Positions 1 to 13,014 of a stretch of 64,000 nt of DNA are shown piece after piece (the stretch's first letter is position 1; each line of letters opens with the position of its first letter). The DNA lies in NCBI GenBank assembly GCA_002280875.1, contig NCEV01000023.1:8920-72919 (forward strand), written 5' to 3'. This DNA is from Caulobacter sp. 32-67-35. GTDB lineage: Bacteria; Pseudomonadota; Alphaproteobacteria; Caulobacterales; Caulobacteraceae. The notes under the pieces are model-generated. The model had not been told where the DNA came from. It saw nothing but the letters and a program-made list of their open reading frames with translations, and made no database searches. The translations under genes were made by a program, and so were the position numbers.

Positions 1-1
1 G

Positions 2-952
<951 letters not shown>

Positions 953-982
953 TCCTGAACTGGATCGATGGCGATAGAGCTC

Positions 983-1013
983 GGGGCGGCCGCAAGGTCG
1001 CCCCGTTTTCGTT
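983..1013 (+). terminator. Rho-independent terminator after ettA
   Basis: GGGGCG (983-988) pairs with CGCCCC (999-1004), followed by GTTTTCGTT. Confidence 0.5.
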
Positions 1014-1126
1014 GGCGCTGGGGCTGGCGGGCTAGGTGATGGAGGTTTCTGATTGACCCGCACTAGCCCATACTGATCCGCTATTCTTAAGCGTCTCCGT
1101 CAGGGAGACCGATTGGTGCAACTCAG

Positions 1127-2080
1127 ATGATCCCCGTCGAAAAGCCCCACATCCTGATCTCGCACGAGATGCTGATGCCGCTGCAGCCCTTGCTGGAGAG
1201 CGCCTATACGGTCCACCGGCTTTGGGACTATCCCGACCATCTGGCGTTCCTTGACGGGCCGGGGCGTGGCGTGCGGGCCATTGTCCATGCCGGCGAGATG
1301 AGCCTGGCGCGCGACATGCTGTCGGAAATGCCCAGGCTTGGCCTGATCGCCTGTGTCAGCGTCGGCTATGACGGCGTCGACGTGCCATGGTGCAAGGCGC
1401 ATGGCATCTCGGTGACCCACTCCACGGGGCTGAACGCCAGCGACGTGGCCGACCATGCGGTGGGCCTGATGCTGGCGGCCTGGCGCGGCATCGTCGAGGG
1501 CGACCATCGTCTGCGGGCCGGGCGCTGGACCCACGCCGAACGCATGTCGCCCCGCCACGGCCTGCGCGGCCGCAAGGTGGGTATCGTGGGCCTTGGCCAT
1601 ATCGGCGAGGCCGTGGCGCGCCGCGTTGAGGCCTTCGAGATGAAGGTCGCCTGGTGGGCCCCGCGCGCCAAGGAAACCGACTGGCCCCGCGCCGAAAGCC
1701 TGCTGGCCCTGGCCCGCGACAGCGACGTGCTGATGGTTTGCGCCCGGCCCGACGCCTCCAACCGGCACATGATCTCCAGGGCTGTGATCGAGGCGCTGGG
1801 ACCGCAGGGCCTGCTGGTCAATGTGGCGCGCGGCTCGCTGATCGACGAGGACGCCCTGATCGAGGCCCTGAAGGCCGGTACCCTGGGCATGGCCGCGCTG
1901 GACGTCTTCGAGCAGGAGCCCGCCAAGCCGGAGCGCTGGGCCGATGTTCCCCACACCGTCCTGACGCCGCATACCGCCGGGGCGACGCTCGACAGCATTC
2001 CGGCCATGGTCAGTCTGACGATGGAAAACCTGCGCTGCTATTTCAACGGCGAGCCGCTGGCCTCGCCGGTCGGAGACTGA
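1127..2080 (+). CDS. D-isomer-specific 2-hydroxyacid dehydrogenase family protein
   Basis: 317 aa. NAD-binding GIVGLGHIGEAVARR, plus NVARGSLIDEDAL and LTPHTAGAT motifs typical of the family. Confidence 0.85.
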   Translation: MIPVEKPHILISHEMLMPLQPLLESAYTVHRLWDYPDHLAFLDGPGRGVRAIVHAGEMSLARDMLSEMPRLGLIACVSVGYDGVDVPWCKAHGISVTHSTGLNASDVADHAVGLMLAAWRGIVEGDHRLRAGRWTHAERMSPRHGLRGRKVGIVGLGHIGEAVARRVEAFEMKVAWWAPRAKETDWPRAESLLALARDSDVLMVCARPDASNRHMISRAVIEALGPQGLLVNVARGSLIDEDALIEALKAGTLGMAALDVFEQEPAKPERWADVPHTVLTPHTAGATLDSIPAMVSLTMENLRCYFNGEPLASPVGD

Positions 2081-2083
2081 ACC

Positions 2084-2458
2084 ATGGCCAGGGTGCTGGG
2101 CCTGGGTGGAGTGTTCTTCAAGGCCGCCGACCCGGCCGCCGTGCGTGAGTGGTATGCGCGGGTGCTGGGCTTTACGGTCCACGACTGGGGCGGGGCGGTG
2201 TTTGATCACCCCAAGGTGGGCGGAACCAACTGGTCGCCGTTCAAGGCCGACACGACCTATTTCGAACCGTCGAGCGCGGCCTTCATGGTCAATTTCATCG
2301 TCGATGATATGGATGGCGTGCTGGCCCGGGCGTCCGCTGAAGGCGTCGAGCCCACCGGTCGGCAGGACGACGAGATGGGGCGGTTTGCCTGGCTTATCGA
2401 TCCGGCCGGGGTCAAGATCGAGCTCTGGCAGCCTCTGGAGGCTGCCGCCGGGGCATAG
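2084..2458 (+). CDS. VOC (glyoxalase/bleomycin-resistance fold) family protein
   Basis: 124 aa, starts 4 nt after the upstream stop. High third-position GC. VOC-like pattern by eye only. Confidence 0.65.
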   Translation: MARVLGLGGVFFKAADPAAVREWYARVLGFTVHDWGGAVFDHPKVGGTNWSPFKADTTYFEPSSAAFMVNFIVDDMDGVLARASAEGVEPTGRQDDEMGRFAWLIDPAGVKIELWQPLEAAAGA

Positions 2459-2508
2459 TTTGCCGCATCGTTCTCGACCCTCGGCGCTCAAATTCAGCTT
2501 GCCAAATC

Positions 2509-2532
2509 GGACATAAGGATATCTTTATGTCC
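2509..2532. promoter_or_regulatory. AT-rich 24-bp palindrome, candidate operator of the SahR-like regulator
   Basis: GGACATAAGGATATCTTTATGTCC has 8-bp perfect arms GGACATAA/TTATGTCC. It ends 3 nt before the ATG at 2535 and is conspicuously AT-rich for this genome. Confidence 0.45.
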
Positions 2533-2534
2533 TC

Positions 2535-3512
2535 ATGAAGCTGTCGGCCGAACAGGTTGTCGAGGTGCTGCGCGCGGCGGGGGAGTCGACGCGCCTGCGC
2601 CTGCTCGCCCTGCTGGCCAGCGAGGAGCTTTCGGTGCTGGAGCTGTGCCAGATTCTGGATCAGAGCCAGCCGCGCGTATCGCGCCACCTCAAGCTGCTGG
2701 CCGAGGCCGGGCTTGTGGAGCGATTCCCCGACGGGGCCTGGGTGTTCTATCGCCTGGCCAGCAAGTCGCCCGGGCGCCACCTGGTCGGACAGGCGCTGGA
2801 TCTGATCGACGACGCCGATCCCGTTGTTCACGCCGACGCCGAAAAGCTGGCCAAGGTGCGGGCCGAGCGCTCGACCGGCGCCCAGGCCTATTTCGCTCGC
2901 AACGCCGCCCGCTGGAACGAGATCCGCTCGCTCTATGTCGACGAGGCCGAGGTCGAGGCGGCGATCCTGCGTGCGGCCGGCGAGGGGCCCTTCGACGAGA
3001 TGGTCGATCTGGGCGCGGGCGCGGGACGCATGCTGACCCTGCTGGGCCAGCGGGCCGGCGCGGCCCTGGGCCTGGACCTGTCGCAACAGATGCTCAACAT
3101 CGCCCGTGACGAGGTGGCCAAGGCGGGTCTGGCGCAGTGCGAGCTACGGCATGGCGACATCTTCGCCACCGGCCTGCCGGGCGGCTGCGCCGATCTGGTC
3201 ACCGTCCATCAGGTGCTGCACTATCTGGGCGATCCCGCCGCCGCCGTGGCCGAGGCTGCGCGGCTGGTGGCCCAGGGCGGCCTGCTGCTGATCGCCGATT
3301 TCGCTCCGCACGACCACGAGTTCCTGCGCGAGGCCCACCAGCATCGCCGCCTGGGCTTTGAGGACGCCGAGATCGTTCCCTGGCTGGAGGCCGCCGGCCT
3401 GCGCCTGGAAAGCAACATCGCCTTGCCGCCGTCTTCGGCCGATGGGCTGACCGTCAAGATCTGGACGGCGCGCCGTCCGGCTGTTCGTTCCGTCGAAAGG
3501 AGCGCCGCATGA
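2535..3512 (+). CDS. sahR: ArsR-type wHTH fused to a SAM-methyltransferase-like domain (SahR-type regulator of methionine metabolism)
   Basis: N-terminal LRLLALLASEELSVLELCQILDQSQPRVSRHLKLLAEAGLV (ArsR HTH). MTase motif I VDLGAGAGRML. Stop overlaps the metF start (ATGA at 3509-3512). The architecture and position match published SahR descriptions. Confidence 0.75.
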   Translation: MKLSAEQVVEVLRAAGESTRLRLLALLASEELSVLELCQILDQSQPRVSRHLKLLAEAGLVERFPDGAWVFYRLASKSPGRHLVGQALDLIDDADPVVHADAEKLAKVRAERSTGAQAYFARNAARWNEIRSLYVDEAEVEAAILRAAGEGPFDEMVDLGAGAGRMLTLLGQRAGAALGLDLSQQMLNIARDEVAKAGLAQCELRHGDIFATGLPGGCADLVTVHQVLHYLGDPAAAVAEAARLVAQGGLLLIADFAPHDHEFLREAHQHRRLGFEDAEIVPWLEAAGLRLESNIALPPSSADGLTVKIWTARRPAVRSVERSAA

Positions 3513-4480
3513 CCCTTCCACCTACGCTTTCTGGGGCCCGCCGGGTGATCGGACCCGTCGCCCGCGCCGGCGAGCGCGGTCAGAGCCAGGGCGGCGGTCG
3601 CCCGCGCGTCTCGTTCGAGTTCTTCCCGCCCAAGACACTGGCGATGGAAGAGAGCCTGTGGCAGGCCATCACCCGCCTGGCGCCGCTGGATCCGGCCTTC
3701 GTCTCGGTGACCTATGGCGCCGGCGGCTCGACCCGCGAGCGCACCCACCGCACGGTCAAGCGCATCCTCGACGAGACCTCGCTGAAGCCCGCCGCCCACC
3801 TGACCTGCGTCGGGGCCAGCCGCGAGGAAGTGGACGAGGTGATCCGCGAATACTGGGAGACGGGCGTTCGCCACATCGTCTCGCTGCGCGGCGATCCTCC
3901 GCCCACGGAGGGTGGTATCGGCGGTGTCTATGCGCCGCGCGCCGACGGCTATGCCAACGCCACTGAACTGACCAGGGCCGTGCGCGCCATTGCGCCGTTC
4001 GAGGTGCTGGTCGGCGTTTATCCCGAGAAACACCCTGAGAGCCCCTCGATCGAGCACGACATAGACGTGCTGAAGGCCAAGGTCGACGCCGGGGCGAGCC
4101 TGGCGATCAGCCAGTTCTTCTTCGATATCGACGCCTTCCTGCGCTTCAACGACAAGGTTCGCGCCGCGGGGATCACCATCCCGATCGTGCCGGGGATCAT
4201 GCCAGTGACCAATTTCAACGGCCTGAAGAAGATGTCCCAGGCCTGTCAGACGGCGGTGCCGACCTGGCTGGCCAACCTGTTTGAGGGCCTGGATCACGAC
4301 GCCGAGACGCGTCGCCTGATCGCCTGCTCTGTGGCGTCCGAGATGTGCGCCAAGCTGCAGGAACAGGGGTTCGAGGACTTCCACTTCTACACCCTGAACC
4401 GGGCCGATCTGGTCTATGCGATCTGCCGCGTGCTGGGCGTGCGCGAGCGGGAAACGGCGTCAACGGAGGTTGCGGCATGA
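3509..4480 (+). CDS. metF: 5,10-methylenetetrahydrofolate reductase
   Basis: 323 aa with FEFFPPKT, VTYGAGGSTRERT and AAHLTCVG motifs characteristic of MetF. Confidence 0.9.
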   Translation: MTLPPTLSGARRVIGPVARAGERGQSQGGGRPRVSFEFFPPKTLAMEESLWQAITRLAPLDPAFVSVTYGAGGSTRERTHRTVKRILDETSLKPAAHLTCVGASREEVDEVIREYWETGVRHIVSLRGDPPPTEGGIGGVYAPRADGYANATELTRAVRAIAPFEVLVGVYPEKHPESPSIEHDIDVLKAKVDAGASLAISQFFFDIDAFLRFNDKVRAAGITIPIVPGIMPVTNFNGLKKMSQACQTAVPTWLANLFEGLDHDAETRRLIACSVASEMCAKLQEQGFEDFHFYTLNRADLVYAICRVLGVRERETASTEVAA

Positions 4481-5346
4481 AGATCCTGGCCCTGATTCTT
4501 TGCGGCATGCTCTCGCTGGCCAGCGTGAATGTCGCGCGCGCCGATGACTGGCCGCCGGCCGCCTGGACCAAGCCGTTCAAGCCCTATCGGGTGGTCGGCA
4601 ATGTCTATTATGTTGGCTCCGAGGGGCTGTCGTCCTATCTGATCAGCACCTCGGAAGGTCATGTGTTACTGGACGCCGGCATGTCGGCGGAGGGCGCCAA
4701 GCTGGTCGAGGCCAACATCGCGGCCCTGGGCTTCAAGCTCTCTGACGTGAAGATCCTGATCAACAGCCACGCCCACTACGACCACGCCGGAGGCCTGGCC
4801 CAGATGAAGGCGGTCACGGGCGCCAAGCTCTACGCCTCGTCGCTGGACAAGCCCGCCCTGGAGAAGGGCCGTCACTTTGGCGACAACGAGAACGGCCTGA
4901 CGCCATTCCCGGCCGTGAAGGTGGATCGCACGATCCGCGACGGCCAGAAGATCAAGCTGGGCGAGGCCACCCTGACCGCGCACCTGACGCCCGGCCACAC
5001 CATCGGCGGCACCACCTGGACGATGTCGGTGACCGAGCGGGGCCGGCCCCTGAGCGTGATGTTCTTCAACTCCGTCTCGGTGGCGGGCAACGCCCTGGTC
5101 GGCAACAGGACCTATCCCAGGATCGTGGCGGACTACCGCGCCACCTTCGCCAGGCTGAAGGCCATGCCGGCTGATGTGTTCCTGCCGGTCCATCCCGAGC
5201 AGGGCGGCCTGATCGCCAAGCGCCAGCGGGTGCTGAATGGCGACAACAGCGCCTTCATCGATCCGGCCGAACTGGGCCGTTTCATCGACGCCTCGGAAGC
5301 CGCGTTCAACAAGGAACTGGCCCGCCAGCAGGGAGCGGCCAAATGA
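4477..5346 (+). CDS. Secreted subclass-B3 metallo-beta-lactamase (CAU-1-like)
   Basis: ATG at 4477 overlaps the metF stop. Signal peptide MKILALILCGMLSLASVNVARA. Zinc motif HAHYDHAGG (HxHxDH), later PGHTIGG and VFLPVHPE histidines. Confidence 0.85.
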   Translation: MKILALILCGMLSLASVNVARADDWPPAAWTKPFKPYRVVGNVYYVGSEGLSSYLISTSEGHVLLDAGMSAEGAKLVEANIAALGFKLSDVKILINSHAHYDHAGGLAQMKAVTGAKLYASSLDKPALEKGRHFGDNENGLTPFPAVKVDRTIRDGQKIKLGEATLTAHLTPGHTIGGTTWTMSVTERGRPLSVMFFNSVSVAGNALVGNRTYPRIVADYRATFARLKAMPADVFLPVHPEQGGLIAKRQRVLNGDNSAFIDPAELGRFIDASEAAFNKELARQQGAAK

Positions 5347-6437
5347 CCGACCTCACCACGCCTGACCTTTCAACGAGGGGCGGCCGCATCGCCGCCCTCA
5401 AGGCCGCCGCCAAGGAGCGCGTACTGATCCTCGACGGCTCCTGGGGCGTGATGTTCCAGAAGAAGAAGCTGGTCGAGGCCGACTATCGTGGCCAGCGCTT
5501 CGCTGACTACGACGGCCAGATGAAGGGCAATAACGACGTCCTGTGCCTGACGCGGCCCGATTTGGTCGCCGAACTGCACGACGCCTATTTCGCGGCCGGC
5601 ACCGACATCTCCGAGACCAACACCTTTTCCGGCACCACCATCGCCCAGGCCGACTATCACCTGAGCGAAAAGGACGTCTGGGACATCAACTACGAAGGCG
5701 CGCGCATCGGCCGTTCGGTGGCCGACCGCTGGCTGAAGGCGCATCCAGAAAAGCCGCGCTTCATCGCCGGCTCGATCGGACCGCTGAACGTGATGCTGTC
5801 GATGTCGTCGGATGTGAATGATCCGGGCGCGCGCAAGGTGACCTTCGACCAGGTCTACGAGGCCTATCGCCAGCAGGTTTCAGCCCTGTACGAGGGCGGG
5901 GTCGATCTCTTTTTGATCGAGACCATCACCGATACGCTGAACTGCAAGGCCGCGATCAAGGCGATCCTGGATCTTCGCGATGAGGGCCACGAAGAGCTGC
6001 CGATCTGGATCAGCGGCACCATCACCGACCGTTCGGGCCGCACCCTGTCGGGCCAGACGGCCGAGGCGTTCTGGAACAGCGTCAAGCACTGCAAGCCGTT
6101 CGCCGTGGGCTTCAACTGCGCCCTGGGCGCTGATCTTATGCGGCCGCATATCGCCGAGATGGCCCGCATCGCCGACACCCTGGTGGCGGCCTATCCCAAT
6201 GCCGGCCTGCCCAACGCCATGGGCGAATATGACGAGGAGCCGCACCAGACCGGCCACGCCCTGCACGAATGGGCGACGGACGGCTTGGTCAACATCCTGG
6301 GCGGCTGCTGCGGCACGACGCCGGATCATATCCGTCACGTGGCCGAGGCCGTCGCGGGCGTCACGCCGCGTCAAATCCCCGAGCGGCCCAAGGCCATGCG
6401 CCTGGCGGGCCTCGAACCTTTTGAACTGGTAGGCTGA
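5343..6437 (+). CDS. metH: Methionine synthase, stand-alone homocysteine-binding (S-methyltransferase) module of a split MetH
   Basis: 364 aa. ILDGSWG start of the Hcy domain. Zinc-ligand cysteines in GFNCALG and [13 protein letters not shown] overlaps the MBL stop (ATGA 5343-5346). Confidence 0.85.
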   Translation: MTDLTTPDLSTRGGRIAALKAAAKERVLILDGSWGVMFQKKKLVEADYRGQRFADYDGQMKGNNDVLCLTRPDLVAELHDAYFAAGTDISETNTFSGTTIAQADYHLSEKDVWDINYEGARIGRSVADRWLKAHPEKPRFIAGSIGPLNVMLSMSSDVNDPGARKVTFDQVYEAYRQQVSALYEGGVDLFLIETITDTLNCKAAIKAILDLRDEGHEELPIWISGTITDRSGRTLSGQTAEAFWNSVKHCKPFAVGFNCALGADLMRPHIAEMARIADTLVAAYPNAGLPNAMGEYDEEPHQTGHALHEWATDGLVNILGGCCGTTPDHIRHVAEAVAGVTPRQIPERPKAMRLAGLEPFELVG

Positions 6438-6439
6438 GC

Positions 6440-6672
6440 ATGACCGCCTGGGCTCCCGGACCCTTCGACAGGTCGGTGCTGCCCGACAGCCACGCCGACC
6501 TGAAAGCCACCCTGGGCAAACCGCCGGAGGGCTCGGCCAATCTGGCGCGCAAGGCCCTGGCTCGTGTGGTCGGCACGGCTTCCGAACTCGATGAGCTTTG
6601 GCAGGAGGGGGAGGACCACGACGCATGGCTGACCCAGATTGCCGGGTTGCAATCCCTGTTGGGCGGTCAGTC

Positions 6673-6676
<4 letters not shown>
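6440..6676 (+). CDS. Hypothetical 78-aa protein between the two metH parts
   Basis: ATG lies 2 nt after the upstream stop, and its TGA overlaps the GTG at 6673 (GTGA). My hand count gives about 80% G/C at third positions in this frame. The alternative frame (6598-6672) gives about 44%. No recognisable motif. Confidence 0.45.
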
Positions 6677-9250
<2,574 letters not shown>

Positions 9251-9814
9251 GGAGCGCGACATCGACCGCTTCGTCGTCATCTCCGGCTGTTCGGGCGGCG
9301 GCAAGTCGACCCTCCTGGCCGAGTTGCGTCGGCGCGGTCACGCGGTGGTCGAGGAGCCGGGGCGCAGGATTGTCGCAGAAGAAATGGCCGCCGACGGCGC
9401 GGCCTTGCCGTGGATCGATCCGGCCGCCTTCGCCCGTCGGGCCATCGCGATGGCCTTGGCGGATCGAGAGGATGCCCCATCGCAGGGCTGGGTGTTCTTC
9501 GATCGGGGCCTGATCGACGCCGCCGTCGCCCTTGAGCACCTGACGGGAGAGCCGGCCGTTGAGACCTTGTGCGGTCTCCATCGCTATCATCGGCAGGTTT
9601 TCATGGCCCCGCCCTGGCCGGAGATCCATGTTGTCGACCGCGAGCGGCGGCACGGCCTGGACGAGGCTGTCGCCGAGTATGAACGGCTTCAGGTGGCGTA
9701 TCCCGCGCTTGGTTATAACATTCTGGTCCTGCCCAAAACGAGCGTTGCCGACCGAGCCAACTTCGTTCTCGATGCCCTGAACACATTGTAGAAAAGCCTG
9801 CGGCGGTCACGGTC

Positions 9815-10162
9815 TCAAGCCGCCTCGATCTCCCGCGTCGCCGCGTCCCGCAGCTTCTCCTCCGTCCATCCCGCCAGGCTCTTGCCCGCCAGTTCCGCCG
9901 CCAGCGCCGCGCGGGCGTGAACGACGGGATCGACGCGGACCATGATCTGGCCGGAATAGGGCTTTTCGGGCTTCTTGCCGGCCTTGGCGCAGGTGGCGAT
10001 ATAGTCGGCGACGGCTTCGTGGAAGGCCGCCTTAAGTCCACTAACGGTGTCGGCGTGGAAGCTGATGATGTCGGTGATGCCGGCCAGGCGACCGACGAAG
10101 ATCTCATCCTCGTCGTCGAACGCGACGCGGGCCATGTAGCCGTTGTGCTTCAGGATGTTCAT
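9815..10162 (-). CDS. hicB: HicB family antitoxin
   Basis: MNILKHNGYMARVAFDDEDEIFVGRLAGI... is a typical HicB N-domain, with an RHH-like C-terminus. Its ATG (10160-10162) overlaps the hicA stop. Confidence 0.8.
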   Translation of the reverse strand: MNILKHNGYMARVAFDDEDEIFVGRLAGITDIISFHADTVSGLKAAFHEAVADYIATCAKAGKKPEKPYSGQIMVRVDPVVHARAALAAELAGKSLAGWTEEKLRDAATREIEAA

Positions 10163-10413
10163 GGCTTCACTCCAATCGCCGTAAGGAACGCGCGGGCGTC
10201 CTTGACCTGATACCGCTTGGCCTCTTTGTCCGGATGCGGCCGGTGGAAGCGGGCGATCACGCCGTTGCACTCGAACCGAACCGCGGATCCCGAGCCTTCG
10301 ATCACCCGGGCGCCGGCGCTGATCAGCAGGCTTTCAATGTCGACCCACGCGATGGTCGGCGAGACGGGATCGGCAAAGATAGCCGTCAGGGTTTTCTTTT
10401 GCTTGCTGTTCAT
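10159..10413 (-). CDS. hicA: HicA family mRNA-interferase toxin
   Basis: 84 aa, MNSKQKKTLTAIFADP...GSGSAVRFECNG...HRPHP pattern of HicA. ATG verified at 10411-10413. Confidence 0.8.
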   Translation of the reverse strand: MNSKQKKTLTAIFADPVSPTIAWVDIESLLISAGARVIEGSGSAVRFECNGVIARFHRPHPDKEAKRYQVKDARAFLTAIGVKP

Positions 10414-10428
10414 GCAAGCAGTGTGTTT

Positions 10429-10454
10429 GTGATAGCAAATTGTGCAAGCGTCAA
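10429..10454 (-). promoter_or_regulatory. Candidate sigma-73-type promoter of hicAB
   Basis: Minus strand reads TTGACGC-N11-GCTATCAC, against the published Caulobacter consensus TTGACGS-N10-14-GCTANAWC. The -10 element ends about 15 nt before the ATG, implying a very short leader. Confidence 0.35.
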
Positions 10455-10718
10455 GCGGGCTTCCTGTCCTCTCAGCAAGTGACTGCTCAATAGGATGGCC
10501 CAGGCCCAAGTCCCGCAAGGGTTGTTTACACTCATAGCGTGTAAATAAGGGTATTGTGCGCCCGCTGCCCAGGCAATTTTCTGGCCCGTCCAGCCCCAAA
10601 TTGGGTATTCGACCCTCATCGCCGAACAATGTGCGACAAAATCTCCGGAAAGCCGTCGCGGTAAGGAATTCAGCAACTGCTCTCGTGTGGTGATGCGCGC
10701 GTCTGTCGGGACCCGCCC

Positions 10719-12920
10719 ATGAACCGCAACAACATCGAGCTGAAGATCTTCGGCCTCATCGTGGGCATGGCGGCCGCCATGGTCCTGGTGGCCGCTGGTC
10801 TTTTGTTCACCGCGACGCGTCAGGCCGACCTGCGCGAGCGCCAGTACGAACAGACCCTGGTCAGCAATGGTCTTCGCCAGCGGGGCAAGGAGGTTCAGAC
10901 CTCGCTCAATCCCTATGTGATCTGGGATGAGGCGATCCACAAGCTGGACAACAAGTTCGACCTCGCCTGGGCCAACCAGAATATCGGAACCTCGATCGGC
11001 GGGGCCCTGGGCTACAGCGTCGTCTTCGTACTCGACGCCGACAACAGGCCGATCTACGGCCACATGAACGGCACGGACGTGTCGCCGGACGTTTTCGGGA
11101 CCTATGCCGCCCAGACCCAGCGCCTGATCCAGATGGTTCGCGCGATCGAAGCCGATCCGGTGAAGGTCGCTGAAATGCGCGCCGTGCATGTCAGCCGGGT
11201 CGAACTGATCGGCCGGGAGCCGGTGATGATCACCGTGTCGCTGGTGCGTCCCGACCTGAAGGCCAAGACCCGCGGAGTGCGGGCGCCGCTGGTGGTGTCC
11301 GGCATGCCGGTGGCCAGCAGCGTGGTCCGGGCGTTTTCCGAGCGGTTCCTGCTCAAGAACGCCCGTATCGAGATCGTCCCGGCCGCCGAGATCAAGGGCG
11401 AGAACGCCCAGGCCCTGATGGGACGGGCGCCCGATGGTCGCGGCATCGTGCTGCGTTGGGATCCGCGCAGGCCCGGCGCCGAATTGCTGCAGCAGGCGAC
11501 GCCGATCCTGGCCCTGGCCGCCCTGGCCGCCGCCCTCGGCGCGGGGCTGCTGTTCCGGGTCACCCGCCGCGCGGCCAAGAAGCTGCTGCTCAGCGAGGCC
11601 GAGGCCAAGCACCTGGCCCTGCATGATCCGCTGACGGGCCTGGCCAACCGCACCCTGTTTACCGACCGCCTGGTCCACGCCCACGCCCTGTTGCGGCGCA
11701 AGCCCGGCTATCTGGGCGTGCTGTGCGTCGATCTGGACCGGTTCAAGGAAGTCAATGACAGCTATGGCCATGACGCCGGCGACCAGGTGATCCGCGAGGT
11801 CGCCCGCCGTCTGCAGGCCATCTGCCGCGAGACCGACACCATCTGCCGCCTGGGCGGCGACGAGTTCGCCATCATCCAGCCCGACACCACGCCCGCCGGC
11901 TGCGCCACCCTGGCCCAGCGCGTGGTCGAGGGCCTGTCGGGCGAGCTGGATCTCAGCATCGGCCGGACGGAACTGTCCTGCTCGGTCGGTGTGGCGGTGG
12001 TGTCCGACGCCGACCAGGGCCAGGCCGAGATGCTGCGCCAGGCCGACGTGGCCCTGTATCGCGCCAAGGAGGCCGGCCGGGGTCGTTACTGCTTCTTCGA
12101 GCCGGAAATGGACGCGGCCCTGCGCCTGCGCAAGGGCCTTGAGCGCGACCTGCGGGCCGCCCTGGATCAAGACCGCCTGACCGTCGCCTATCAGCCACTG
12201 ACCGATGCGCGGGGCGTGATCCTGGGCGTCGAGGCCCTGGCCCGATGGCACGATCCCGAGCGGGGCGACATCTCGCCGGCCATCTTCATCCCGCTGGCCG
12301 AGTCGACCGGCCTGATCGCGGCCATCGGACGGTCAGTGTTTCGCCGCGCCTGCTATGACAGCCTGCGCTGGTCGGGGCTTGAGATGTCGGTCAATGTCTC
12401 GGCGCTGCAGCTGGCCGCGCCGGGCTTCGTCGACGAGATCGAGCAGATCCTGCTGGAAACCGGCGCGGAGGCCTCGGGCTTTGTGCTGGAGATCACCGAG
12501 ACGGCCCTGCTGAAAGACAGCGACGGCGTCCACGAGGCCCTGCGGCGCATCAAGCGCCTGGGCTTCCGCCTGGCGCTGGACGACTTCGGCACCGGCTATG
12601 CCAGCCTAGCCTATCTGCGCCGCCATCCGATCGACAAGCTGAAGATCGACCGCTCGTTCGTCTCCACCCTGTCGCCCGACGGCGAGGCAAGCTCGGTGGC
12701 CGGGGCCATCATCAGCCTGGCCAGGTCGCTGGGCCTGAAGACCACGGCCGAGGGCGTCGAGACCCAGGGCCAGTTCGACACTCTGGTGAAGCTGGGCTGC
12801 GTCGAGTTCCAGGGCTTCCTGCTGGGCCGCCCGATGCCGGCCGACGAGATCGCCGCCGCCCGCGACGCGCGCCAAGAGCTGGCCAATGCGGCCAAGGTCA
12901 CGTCCCGCCCGCGCCGCTAG
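10719..12920 (+). CDS. Membrane sensor GGDEF-EAL protein (diguanylate cyclase/phosphodiesterase)
   Basis: 733 aa. Two TM segments flank a periplasmic sensor region. Intact RLGGDEFAI with RETD I-site. Intact EAL set (EALARW, NVS, EITE, DDFGTGYAS, KIDRSF, EGVE, QGF). Confidence 0.9.
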   Translation: MNRNNIELKIFGLIVGMAAAMVLVAAGLLFTATRQADLRERQYEQTLVSNGLRQRGKEVQTSLNPYVIWDEAIHKLDNKFDLAWANQNIGTSIGGALGYSVVFVLDADNRPIYGHMNGTDVSPDVFGTYAAQTQRLIQMVRAIEADPVKVAEMRAVHVSRVELIGREPVMITVSLVRPDLKAKTRGVRAPLVVSGMPVASSVVRAFSERFLLKNARIEIVPAAEIKGENAQALMGRAPDGRGIVLRWDPRRPGAELLQQATPILALAALAAALGAGLLFRVTRRAAKKLLLSEAEAKHLALHDPLTGLANRTLFTDRLVHAHALLRRKPGYLGVLCVDLDRFKEVNDSYGHDAGDQVIREVARRLQAICRETDTICRLGGDEFAIIQPDTTPAGCATLAQRVVEGLSGELDLSIGRTELSCSVGVAVVSDADQGQAEMLRQADVALYRAKEAGRGRYCFFEPEMDAALRLRKGLERDLRAALDQDRLTVAYQPLTDARGVILGVEALARWHDPERGDISPAIFIPLAESTGLIAAIGRSVFRRACYDSLRWSGLEMSVNVSALQLAAPGFVDEIEQILLETGAEASGFVLEITETALLKDSDGVHEALRRIKRLGFRLALDDFGTGYASLAYLRRHPIDKLKIDRSFVSTLSPDGEASSVAGAIISLARSLGLKTTAEGVETQGQFDTLVKLGCVEFQGFLLGRPMPADEIAAARDARQELANAAKVTSRPRR

Positions 12921-13014
12921 CGGCCTGTAAGGTAAGGCTGGCCAACCGGCGTTCTTCCACGGCATCCTCACGCCGAACGGAGGCGTCGACCTCCGAGCTT
13001 GGGAGGGATGCGGC

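Noticed and set aside
1100-2491. 463-aa ORF antisense to the 2-hydroxyacid dehydrogenase and VOC genes
   Set aside because: Arg/Gly/Pro-rich nonsense composition with no motif. The opposite strand carries clear family motifs. This is a typical stop-free antisense frame of high-GC DNA.
3221-4384. 387-aa ORF antisense to sahR/metF
   Set aside because: Same reasoning: the sense strand has unmistakable MetF motifs, and the antisense product is low-complexity.
6598-6672. N-terminal extension (TTG 6598 or ATG 6625) of the metH pterin-module ORF
   Set aside because: Third-position GC in this frame is only about 44% by hand count until 6673, whereas the overlapping 78-aa ORF frame has about 80%. 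The conserved domain begins right at the GTG at 6673.
10410-12251. 613-aa ORF antisense to the GGDEF-EAL gene and overlapping hicA
   Set aside because: Low-complexity Gly/Ala/Arg/Gln composition. The sense strand has complete GGDEF and EAL motif sets.
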